NCBI RefSeq assembly: GCF_009914755.1
Contig: NC_060926.1
Reading direction: 5' to 3' (one strand)
Source of the DNA: the human T2T-CHM13v2.0 reference genome, Homo sapiens
Length of the DNA: 64,000 bases
Shown in pieces: positions 43,301 through 55,649 of this stretch (position 1 is the first letter of the stretch; each line of letters starts with the position of its first letter). The notes beneath the pieces were generated by a model. The model searched no databases. It saw nothing but the letters and a program-made list of their open reading frames with translations, and had not been told where the DNA came from. Both the position numbers and the translations under genes were made by a program.

Positions 43301-46300
43301 ATCCACACTTCTCCAACACACTTACACAACCCATTCAAACATCCTTAAAACCATACTCAGACATCCCCTGCTGGGTGATGTCTTGCTTAACCTTCTAGAG
43401 AGATCCCTTCTTTGGCCTGAATATATGTCTACTGTTTTAAGTATCACATAGACCCTAATGATTTCTTTATACCATGTTATATTATAAAGATGGGGACAGT
43501 GTTATCCACCCCCAAATAATCCCACTGAGCATAATTGCCTGGGGCCTAAAACATCATTTTTCAGTAGGTTAATGCATAACATAATAAAGGAATAAAAAAT
43601 TACTGAGTGCTTGCTCCCTTAACCCTCATCTGCTTGTGGCTGATACATACAGGTGTGCTGGAGTGGACAAGCTGCCCAAGACTGTAGGCTTAGTAATAAC
43701 GAGGCTATAGCATTTAAACAGACTATGGGTACAACTTCAAGATTTTAATTTACTTTTATCTAAATCAACAGGGTCCTGGCTATAATTCTCCTGTTCAATA
43801 AATAGAAAAATCTTTTTTACAGACAACTTAATAGGGGATTTAGTAGTGAGGGCTTTGGTAATTTTCCACCTGCTAATGGGTAAACAACTGCAGTCCTAGG
43901 ACATCCAGGGCTATGGGCACTGAATGGTAATTCTCTGGCTGCAGCTTCTAGCAATGTATTTACTCAGCTGTTAGTGGGCCCAGCAGCTGGGAATGGGTTC
44001 CCCAGCCAGTTGTAAGAAAACTACCAGGGACTCATTTATTTACTATTAAACTGTAAGCACTTGGCAGGGCATCTGGTCCCACTTTCCTAGGTTATGATTG
44101 GGTACTCATGAGACATTCGTTGTTAGAAAAGCAGCTGGAATATTTAAAATGTCAAGTAGGAAATTCAGAAGTTTTAGCATCTCACCACAATGTTTTATGG
44201 GGTGAAAAGGGATGTTAGGCTGAATTGGAGCACATTTGGAACCTCTGATATTTCATAGATTGAATTTATCTTCCATGGATTCAATATACCTGAAATAGTT
44301 TTGTTTGCTTTTACAGTATAAGGTTTTTTTGAGTTGGACATGACAGTGGAGTCTCAAAAGGGATTTTGTGGGTGACCAGTGTCTAGAAAAAACAACAGTT
44401 GAGTGGGCAGGGAAACTGCCTGGTCTAGTGGAGAGAAAGGACAGAGCTGGGATTTGACATGTGTAGGTTTTCATCTTGATTTTTTCACTTCATGCCATGA
44501 CCTTGGAAAAAATCCTGTAATTCCGTGAAGTTTAATTTTATCATCTGTAAAATTCAGTGATAGTGTCTACAGCAGGGAACTCTGAGGATGGTCTCATGCT
44601 AAGTAGCATTTTATTAGACATGATAATTGACATGAGAAATACTGGCAAACATTCCAGAGATTGATTCTGCATGGCGCCATAAGAATTAAAATATTGTTCA
44701 GATTTCATTTCACCCACATATTTAGTTAAAGACTTATATGTTACTCAGGCAGTTAACCTAAGTATATAGATTATGTCCCGTTTTTCTTGTCTAGATAATT
44801 ACTGGATATGATGTAGAAGTTCCTCAGTAAGTAGGTGTTTATCCACCTTCCAAATAACATTTTGTTTCTTTTTCCAAAGTGGAATCCTATAATGCTGTTT
44901 GGTGAAACCCCTTGAATGATTCCATTTTGCTTAATTATAACTTTCAGTTTTGGACCATGTCCGTAATATCAGACAAAGTAATGAAAACGGCAGAAAAACT
45001 GAGTTTAAAATCTAGCTATTATCTGCTGTATGACTTAAACATATATTTTTTAAGCCTCTCCTCCTCCGTTTCGACCTCTGTAAAATGATGACAGCAATAT
45101 TTACACCCAGAGGATTAGGGAGATTCATTGTGTTACAAATGGGAAAGCGTGAGCTGAGGACCCATAAATGTGTGCCTCACATTCACGTTTCAATTGATGG
45201 TGAACAGAAAATGCACTGATGCATGCCAAGCTACTCAACATGAATTCTAGAAAATAGTAGACCAGAACAAGGGTCATTTCGCAGTATATTTATTATAAGG
45301 CTATTCTGACCCTAGACCAGCCAACATCCCCTGAATTTACTCCATACCTACCCCCACTGCAGACAAACAGTTCCCAAATATGGCGGGGCTGTCCAGTTTT
45401 TTGGCTTCCTGATCTCCTTTCTAGGTCCCATAACTCACCAGCCTATTTCATGCCATCGTGCCTTGGCAGAGGGCGCTCTCTTGGCTAGGATGTCCCACCT
45501 TCCCCTGTCACCACTCCTTGCCCTCTCTTTGTCCACCCCCCACAAACATAAGCTTTTTCATCCTTAAAATATATTTGCTATCAATGATTCTATAATTAGT
45601 TATTTAGTAAACCTTTCCCCACAGATAGGAGCATCTCCCCATGAATGCAAGATAAAGAAGCATTTTAAATATAACATATAAAAGGATTCAAAAAGGATAC
45701 AGGTGCTAGCTTTAATGACATCATTGTACCTGGAAAACCTCCAACTCTCTTCTCCACCTGTCACAGTCAAATTTTTCTTCCTTGCTTTGTTAACTCATAT
45801 ATTCATCCCGAAACTTGTTCACCTATTATTCATTAGACATTTCGCTAAGCATAGAAAATAAAATACAATGCTGAACAAGACATACTCCTCATCCTCATGA
45901 AGTGTGTTGAATTGTTAAGAAGTTGCAGATCAGATTTTCATTTTAAAAAGATTATTTTGACAGACTAAGAAGGAGGCACTAGGGAGAAAAACCTACCATT
46001 AGAAAAATCCATTAAAAGGTGGTTACAATAATTCAAATGAGAGTTGATGATGGCATACACGGGGAAAATAGCAGTGAAGTGGAGAAAATTTGGATAGATA
46101 GCAACAGCAGCAGTAACTCTTTATGAAATATTTTCCATGCATTAGGAACTGTGCAAAATGCTTTGCAAACATACTTTATGTTGATCCTCAAAGGAACTCT
46201 CTACAGAAGATATAATCCTCCTTTAACAGATGAGGAAATTAAGAGATCAGTTATTTGCCAGAAGCGACACAGGAAATAAATAGCAGAACATGGATCTGAA

Positions 46301-46719
46301 CTCAGGCATGTCTGTCTCCAAAGCCTGAGCTCTTAAGAAGAATTGTGTGCTTTGCTTGGCTTGATAGAGGACACAATCAATAGGCAGCATCACAAAGTTT
46401 GCTACGTGCAATTTATGTATCAACTCATATCCACTCAACCCTGTCTACCTTTGGTTCTTGACTGCTTGCCTTTCTTATGGGTACATCAGCCCTAGGGATG
46501 GCTTTCCTGTGGTTTTAGAGCCCATTTGCTTCTCTCTCTTCATTTTCTAGCAACACTGATTGTCTCAGCCTTCCCGGAGGAAAGGGCCATTAGGCTTGTT
46601 GAGATAGAAGTTGCAGAGGCTCAAACACCCACATCTGATCCACCTGGATCCATGGAGGCTTTGGTTCTGTCAGTGGCTGCCTAGGGGGCTGAGTAACCCA
46701 AGTAACAGAAGAGGGAGTG

Positions 46720-48110
46720 TTCTTGTCCCTTAGGGGCAAACTTCCACTTCTCTTGAGTAAGTTCATATGAAAGAATAGCTGGATCATATGGTAGAAATAT
46801 ACATTGAGATTTTAAAGAAATTGACAAACTGTTTCCAAACTTTTTTTTTTTTTTACTTTCTTGCCAGCAATGTAGGAGTGTTTTAGTTGCTTTACATTCT
46901 CATCAACACTTAGTATAATTAGCCTTTTTAATTTTAACAATTACAAGAGATACAAAATAGTTTCTCATTGTGATTTTAGTTTGTATTTGCCTAATATTAA
47001 ATGATGTTGAGGGTTATGTATTGCAGCATCTGTATCAGCGCTTCAGCTTCACCTTGGACTTTTATGTTATGGAGTTGGTTTCTTTTCTTAAACCTCATGA
47101 ATCAATCTCTGCTAGCTTCAAACTTTTCTTCTGCAGCTTCCTCACCTCTCTTAGCCTTCATAGAATTGAAGAGAGTTAGGGATTTTGGCTTAAGGGAATG
47201 TTGTGGCTGGTTTGCTGTTTTATCCAGATCATTAAAACTTTCTCTCCATCAGCAATAAGGCTGTTTCACTTTCCTATCATTGTGTGTTCATTGGAATACA
47301 CTGTTAATTGCTTTCAAGAACTTTTCCTCTCACTGTTTGGCACAAGAGGTCAAGCTTTTGGGCTATCTTGGCTTTCAATGTGCCTTCCTCACTAAGCTTA
47401 ATCATTTCTAGCTTTTGATTTCAAGTGAGAGAACTGCTACTCTTCCCTTCACTTGCACATTTAGAGGCCATTATAGGTCATTAATTGTCCAAATTTCAAT
47501 ATTGTTGTATCTCAGGGAATAGGGAGGCCTGAGGAGAGGGAGCAAGCAGGTAAGTAGGGCAGTCAGATCACACACAACACTTGTTAAGTTCTCCCTCTTA
47601 TGTGAATGCCTCAAAACAATTACAATCACAGCATCGAAGATCACTGATCACAGATCACCATAACAGATGTAATATAATGAAAAAGTTTGAAATACTGTGG
47701 GAATTACCAAAATATCACACTGAAACATAACAGAAGTGAGCATATGCTGTTGGAAAATGGCACCCAGAGGCTTACTCAATGCGGCATTGCCACAAACCTT
47801 GAATTTCTAAAAATGCAATGTCTGTGAAGCACAATAAAGCAAAGCACAATCAAATGAGGTGTGCCTGTATTAATTTTTACAAACAAGCTTGTTGGGATTA
47901 TGATTGGGATTGCATTTGTGGAGAATTTGAATCTTGATAATATTTAGTTTTGTAACCTTAGAATAAGGTATATATCTCAGCTTATTTATGTATTCTTTAT
48001 TTTTTGTCAGTAATGTTTTGTTTTCAGTGTACACATCTACCACCTATTTTGTCAAATAAGTCCTTAAGTATGGTGTATTTTTGATACAATTGAAAAGGTT
48101 ATTGTTGCTT
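46720..48110 (-). mobile_element. Old L1M fragments flanking Tigger1
   Basis: gaatagctggatcatatggtag...gccagcaatgtaggagtgttttagttgc; resumes after 47870 with gttgggattatgattgggattgcat. Confidence 0.6.
47030..47867 (-). mobile_element. Tigger1 5' portion with a dead transposase N-terminus
   Basis: Minus-strand terminus caggcacacctcatttgattgtgctttgctttattgtgcttcacag with flanking TA; ATG at 47471 (-) reads MASKC-like, then a decayed LEMIKLSEEG (TIGD1/Tigger1-like), with stops. Confidence 0.88.
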
Positions 48111-49087
48111 TAACTGATAATTTTACCAATCAGATCAGGGCAAGAAAGAAAGATGGATTAAAAAATATGACTCCAAGATTTGCATCTGGATAAGAAGGCA
48201 GTATAGAAATAGTTACATTCATAGAAAAAAAAAACAGATTAATTATACTTAAGATATGTTGAAATTAATAAAGTTAATAAAATGTCCAGTTTGGTCCTAT
48301 GGAGAGATCAAAATTTGGGTCTAGAGTGAAAGATGAAGACTCAAGAAAAAAAATAAAAATTTGGGAATCATTGTATTGAGGTAATGATTATAGTTACAGG
48401 TGAGAGTAACACACATTATAACAGCACTACTTTCATCTGCGTCTCTTCCAACAGACTCTGAGTTTCTCAGATTGGGGCCCTGTCTGACCTTTTTATTTTG
48501 AACTTCAAGCAGAAGGGTTAGCACAGAGTGGACGTCTATTCATTCTTACCGGGTTTATGCCTTATGGTTTTGATCCTAGTTTTGACACTTATTAGCTTTA
48601 TAACCTTCAACATGTTACTTTACCTCTTTGAAACTCATGTTTCTACTACACGTGAGCAAAAACAGTCCAGTGCATGGTACCGTTCCTAAAATCAAGAGGC
48701 ATTCAATTAATGGTAACTTAAAAAAAAAAACTTCCTATATGATTGTTAAGTATATGATAGTAATAATGAACATGTTTAGCACTTTCTATGTGTCAGGTGC
48801 TAAATGCTTTTTATATATTCACTTTCTTAATCCTCATAACGACCTCAGGAACTGGGTACTCTAACTAGCCATATTTTACAAATGTGAAAGAAGGAGGGAT
48901 GGGGAGATTGAGAAGTTGGTTGGTGGGGGAGCTGAGATCTGAGTTTAGGCAGTGTGGCTCTCCAGCTTGTACTCTGCAACTCCACCACACTGACTACATC
49001 TCAAGGTACATGCATGGGCATATACATATATATATGTATATATGTGTGTATATATATGTATGTATGTATATGCTCATGCATGTACCA

Positions 49088-49362
49088 TGACAGAAAGTGA
49101 CAACTATATTAAAATGGCCATTTTTGTAACTCAAAAAATGACTTTTTTGTCATAGCAATATATATATACACACACACAAATATATACATATATGTATATA
49201 TGTGTATACATAGCTATATATATATTGCTATGACAAAAAAGTCATTTTTGTCTCTATATATCTGTGTGTGTGTATATATATACATATATATTGCTATAAC
49301 AAAAAAAGTCATTTTTTGAGTCACAAAAATGGCCATTTTAATGTACTTGTCACTTTTTATCA
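49088..49362. repeat. Nested inverted repeat (palindrome) around TA/CA microsatellites
   Basis: 49088-~49165 is the reverse complement of ~49284-49362 (~6 substitutions, 1 indel); 49134-49168 is the exact reverse complement of 49215-49249. Confidence 0.95.
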
Positions 49363-51062
49363 ATTGTGCAGTCCAGGGTACATTTGTGTACAGGTCAACT
49401 GTGCCTTAAATATTTCCTGGCTCCTGGTCTTCATCTCACCTGCCATCATTCTATGCACAGGAAAATATTTAATGGGCTGGGACTTATCTTCAAGGCCAAG
49501 ATGGAATATTTTTATATGCCCAAAGATTCTGTGCCAACTGAAGACTTCTCAGGGAATAGAAAGAAACCTAGCAGGTAGATACTGATATGTGCAAATCTCC
49601 TTGCAACTTGTTTTTCACAACTACAGTAAGCATTAATAATTAAGTCCCTGATGTGATGAATAACACATCAGGTCCTTCCTGCTTATTTATACCTGCTTGG
49701 CACTTCAAACTTATGTAATTATCTGATCAATAAACAAATGCTTTTTGAAAAGTAGAACTTAATGCATTTTAATATTCTATGGGCATGAATTTTAGAGCAA
49801 TGCAATACTTGGCAATGACAATGCTTTTTAAATTTAGAGTTATTTTATAACACAGAGTGGAAAGGATTGCATTTTCTCACCCTACCTCATTTAGATCTTA
49901 TCAATCTAGCTCCATTTCAGGTTATAAAAATCACTTGATTTTACAGAGGAGATGTTTCTGTTTGCAATTTTTTAAAAATCCCTCAGCATCCATCTGAAGG
50001 CATCTCCAGAGCAGAGTCACTGCTCTGTCTCACCCACCATCTCAGGCAAAAGGAAGTGCCTGTCTACTATACTCCAGTAAACTTGGTAAATGCCTCTATT
50101 AAATCTAGCATCTCGTTGTATCAGGCCCAGGTGTATAGATCATTTCAAAGATGGAAAGTGGCATGTGATATTTGGCATTCCTGATGCCATTTTAGTTAGT
50201 TGAGTATAATATATTGGTTGAATGTTGCCAAATATGAAAAGTGCATCAGGGTATTTCTGGAAAAGCACTGAAGGTAAAGGGCAAGCTCAAAAAAGCTAAA
50301 AGCATCATGATCTCTTGCCAGCAGCTAGCTTGGCATCCTGGGACTTCCCTTTAACTGTTTGTGCTTTAGAGGGTGTTGGCCAGTCAGAGCAGTAAAAGGC
50401 AGAAGGCAATCTCTGAAAGCAGCTGAACATTATCCCGTCCACCTGCACGCCTTCCATTCGGGAACTCTTAACAGAAGGACTGAGGAGAAGCTCAGCCAAA
50501 TTATCTGAAAGTGACTGTTTTCAGGAAGGAGTATTACATGGTAATGGGCATTAAGACTTCCTAAAAGGTTCTCATTCTGGTTAAGGTAGAGGGAGCACAC
50601 TCACAGTTTAGATTCAAAGTTGGCTCAAATCTTGGAAGTGTCCACTGGTGTAGCCAGAAAGAGCCCTAGGAAAAACACTGTTCCTGATTTGAGGAATGGG
50701 AAGGGGAGCCATAACTGAAAGAGAGAGTGTGGGGAATCTTCTGTTGTATTTTTCCTCTCTCTCCCCAAGCAAGCCCCAGACTTATATACTGTGGCAAGGA
50801 TGCTGCCTTACATTGGAAGTGGTAAAATAATAATTCTAGTTACAATGTAAAACATTAAGTTTGCATGTTATAATTCATAGAGTAGTGACTAAGCTAAAAT
50901 AAATTAGAAATATATAATTTAATTTTAAATTTGAAATGAACTTCTAGAGCCTGTAGTTCAAGCCCTTCATTTGCAGATGAGAAAGCATGGTCCCCCAGTG
51001 GCAAAAGATACATCCAGGAAGTGACAGATGAAACAGGCACAATCCTGGTCTCTTATTGTTCA

Positions 51063-51376
<314 letters not shown>

Positions 51377-51531
51377 TCATAGCCTAGCATGAAACTTACT
51401 TTCAGTATCCTCACACCATAAGGTAAAACTGCTTTATATTTTCCTGAGTAATGCTGTAATACAGAGTCTTCATATAGCTTCATGCCATCACTTTTTTGAT
51501 GAAAATGCTTTAAATAAAAATGTCTAAGAGT

Positions 51532-51840
<309 letters not shown>

Positions 51841-52159
51841 TGTCTGAGAGTAATAGGCCTATTTTCTTCTAATTTAATTTAAATGCACACTCAAGGAAAG
51901 TCACATTTTCGATAAGAAGAAATATCTAAAAGTGCTTTTAGAGCCTCCTCTTTATTGAGTTTTAACCAAGGATGCCCTTGCATTAAGGCCCTTGGGATGG
52001 TTGTGGTTCCTGCCCAGGCTGGTCACTTAACGGGACAATTTCAATGAAGTCAGCAGAAAGTTAGTGGAAAGGTCTCCTTCATATTTCCAAAAATGAATAT
52101 CAATAGTTCCAGCTCTAAATCTCCTCATTAACATTCACTAGAAATTAGTAGCCAGACTT

Positions 52160-52307
52160 TCAGAAGAGACTCCAAGAAGGAATCAACCCTATTGACACTT
52201 TGATTTTGCACTACTGGCCGCCAGAACTGTGAGAGAATTAATTTCTGTTGTTTTAAGTCACTAAGTTTGTGATAATTGGTTACAGCAGTCCTAGGAAACA
52301 AATACCC
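52160..52307 (+). mobile_element. MLT1 (C/D-like) LTR 3' fragment
   Basis: ccagaactgtgagagaattaatttctgttgttttaagtcactaagtttgtgataattggttacagcag...ggaaacaaatac. Confidence 0.75.
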
Positions 52308-53291
52308 ATGGGAAAGATGTTGTTGAATGAGGACAGGACAAATAAAAGGCTGAAGGAGCTTTGCAGAAAATGCTGTTTGAGCCCACTTCAATTTATAATA
52401 AAGCTGATACAGATTTGCTAGTATCTATTAGTTATATAAATTCATATAAGACAAATATAGATTATTTTTATATTCTAAACACTCATGTTTTTCTCTGTAG
52501 ATACAGTTTTTAAAATATCAATTTTTTCTGATTCTTACAATTACTCTATGAAGCAGGCAGGCCATACACTAGTAAGTCCATTTGATAGACATGTTAGATG
52601 GTCCCTAGGAAGACAAAGTGACTCACTGAGGATCCCTCATCCAGTTAGCGGTAGAGCTGGCCCTGGGATCAGGAGCTCCTGGCTCTCTAAGTAGACTTCA
52701 GATAAAGATCACTTGATAGAGCAGGAAAGTGAGACTCGATAAGCAAGGGTTACTTGCCTGACCACATAGCATAAACAGAATCCAGGGCCAGTGTTTTCTA
52801 AACATAGGCTTGTGTTTTTAACTGTGAGGCTCTACTTCGAATCCCTACTTTGCCTCTGTGTGTGTGAAACGATCAAATCATAGGTTCAGGTTTCAATAAT
52901 ATTCTCTGTGACTACTCAGGAGAGAATCCTACAGGAGAAATGAATATGAGAAAATATTTAATGTTTTGATTATCTTTTGATGAAACCTTCCAGATTCACT
53001 GCAAATAGTTCTGATACCTCAATGAGTACAGAATTTGTATGGCTGAACTGGAAGAACCACACTTAACTTTGCTTTATAGCTACTTTGTGCTGTTTTACTT
53101 AACAAAACTTTAGCTTAATCTGCCTACTAATTGAAATGAATTAATAATCTTGAAATTCCACAAGATTTATAAAACCTCAGTTTGAAAGGAACCTTAAAAG
53201 CCTTCCTTGCCTACCCCATACTGTACTTGCACAGTGATAATACAATGTAAATGTGAAAGCCTTCTGGGACATAATTTTCACTACTTCCTAA

Positions 53292-53607
<316 letters not shown>

Positions 53608-53905
53608 GTATCCCTGACAATTAGAAAGCATTTTCTTACACTGAGCATATTTTCTACTTACTGGTTCTTTTTTCACTCCTTGTTTCCAAACAGAATGCAT
53701 CTAATCGCCCCTCCACATGAAAACCTCTAAGAAATTCCCTTCTGTTCAACTGTTCAAATTCATTCACCATTCTGCTGCCTCCTTGATTAATGTCAATATT
53801 TATCTATTTATTCATTTGTTCATTCAACAAAAATATATTGGATGCAAATCATGATAGAAATAGTATTCAAAATTTACATAATATTTATCATGAGATAAGC
53901 ATTGC

Positions 53906-54465
53906 TGTGTTAGTTAATATTGAGTGTCAACTTGATTGGATTGAATGATGCAAAGTATTGTTTCTGGGTGTGTCTGTGAGGGTGTTGTTAGAGGAGATAA
54001 CATTTGAGTCAGTGGACTGGGAGAGAAAGACCCACCCTCAGTGAGGGTGGGCACCATCCAATCTGCTGCTAGAGTGGCTCCAACAAAGCAGGCCGAAGAA
54101 GGTGGGCTAAGCTGGCTTGTGTTGAGTCTTCCCCCTTTCATCTTTCTCCCATGCTGGATGCTTCCTGCCCTTGAACATTAAACTCTTGGTTCTTTGGCCT
54201 TTGTCTTTTGGACTTATATCAGTGGTTCTCCAGGGCCTCTCAGGCCTTCGGCCACAGACTGAAGGCTGCACTGTCAGCTTCCCTACTTTTGAGGCTTTGG
54301 GACTCAGACTGAGCCTTTATTGGTTTCCTTGCTCCTCAGCTTGCACATGGCCTATCATGGGACTTCACCTTGTGATCGTGTGAGTCACTTCTCCTTAATA
54401 AACTCCCTTTCTTATATATATCTATCCTATTAGTTCTGTCCCTCTGGAGAGCCCTGACTAAAGCA
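53906..54465 (+). mobile_element. ERVL solo LTR, MLT2A1/A2
   Basis: tgtgttagttaatattgagtgtcaacttgattggattgaa...aataaactcc...tctatcctattagttctgtccctct; perfect 5-bp TSD attgc at 53901-53905 and 54466-54470. Confidence 0.92.
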
Positions 54466-55649
54466 ATTGCTCTAAATGCTTTACAAATATTAACTTTTAA
54501 AATCTTCACAATAATCCTGAGATAAGTACGATGATTTGCCTGATAATACATGTTTGAAGCTTAACAAATACTTTGAATAAATGAGTGACTAAATGGATAG
54601 GTAAATGATGAATGTAACATAAAAATATTTCATCATATGAACTTTCCTAATTCTCATTCTCTTTTGATTTTGTACCCAGTGGCATTATATGCTTATGATT
54701 ACTGCCTAAGCCAAAACAACTAATAAGGATATCCAGAATGGACAATGCCATCAGGGCACTTAGAATTCTGAAACAGATGCCTCATTCACAATTGTTCTCA
54801 AGAAGCTATTCTTCAAGATATTCTTGGCAAAAAGCCTTATTTGAAATTATTCGAATAAGCAGATGACAGGAAACCCTGTAAAACCCAAACCATGATGAAA
54901 TTCATGATGTCTGCCTAGGAGGAGGCATATTCCATAACCAACACAGAATTCCACTATGAAAGGGCTCCCAACCCTTTTAGATATATTCACCTTGGCTCTA
55001 ACAAGCTCCAATCCAAAATTAAACCTGTAGCTCATCTCTTTGAGGGCTCTACAAACTCTGTGATGATTACTGGTTGTAATTTCCGTTGCTATGATGAGAA
55101 TGCCCTTCGGCTTTCCTTAAAATTGCACCCACTAGGATAGGAGGAGAGCAGGCCCTTGTGACCCTGGTTGGGTACAACTCTACCATCATTAGGCATTTCA
55201 GAAAAAGGATGGCCTAGATATCAAAAATAGATATCCATTTGTAAGCATGTGCAGATCTTCTCTATTTGTAAGCACCTACAGATTGTTTTCAACATTTCAA
55301 AATATTTCAGAGAGGTTTTATTTCTGAAGGAAAAATGGGTTATAATTTGATGCAGTAGCTTGGGGTAGGTATAAATAGATTTTATTTCTATAGACTTTCA
55401 CATAAAATCACCAGATTTCTTGGGAATATAGAAGGTTTCTTTTGGCTTTATTTTTGTTAATTATTATTCACCGAGGCCTACTTTAAAAACAACTATTTGT
55501 AAAAGGCTATTTTTGTTTCTCCAGACAGAAATTATTCTATCTTTCTCTAAATTACGTCCATTTAAAATTTATTTTTGTCCCTCTTTCTTCTGGAGGAAAG
55601 ATGTCTCCTTGAGTTTAGGGGTCATGTGTTATCAACTTCTGTTTCATTT

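Noticed and set aside
49088-49362. CRISPR-like array or MADE1 MITE
   Set aside because: Repeats are inverted rather than direct with spacers; arms do not resemble the MADE1 TIR
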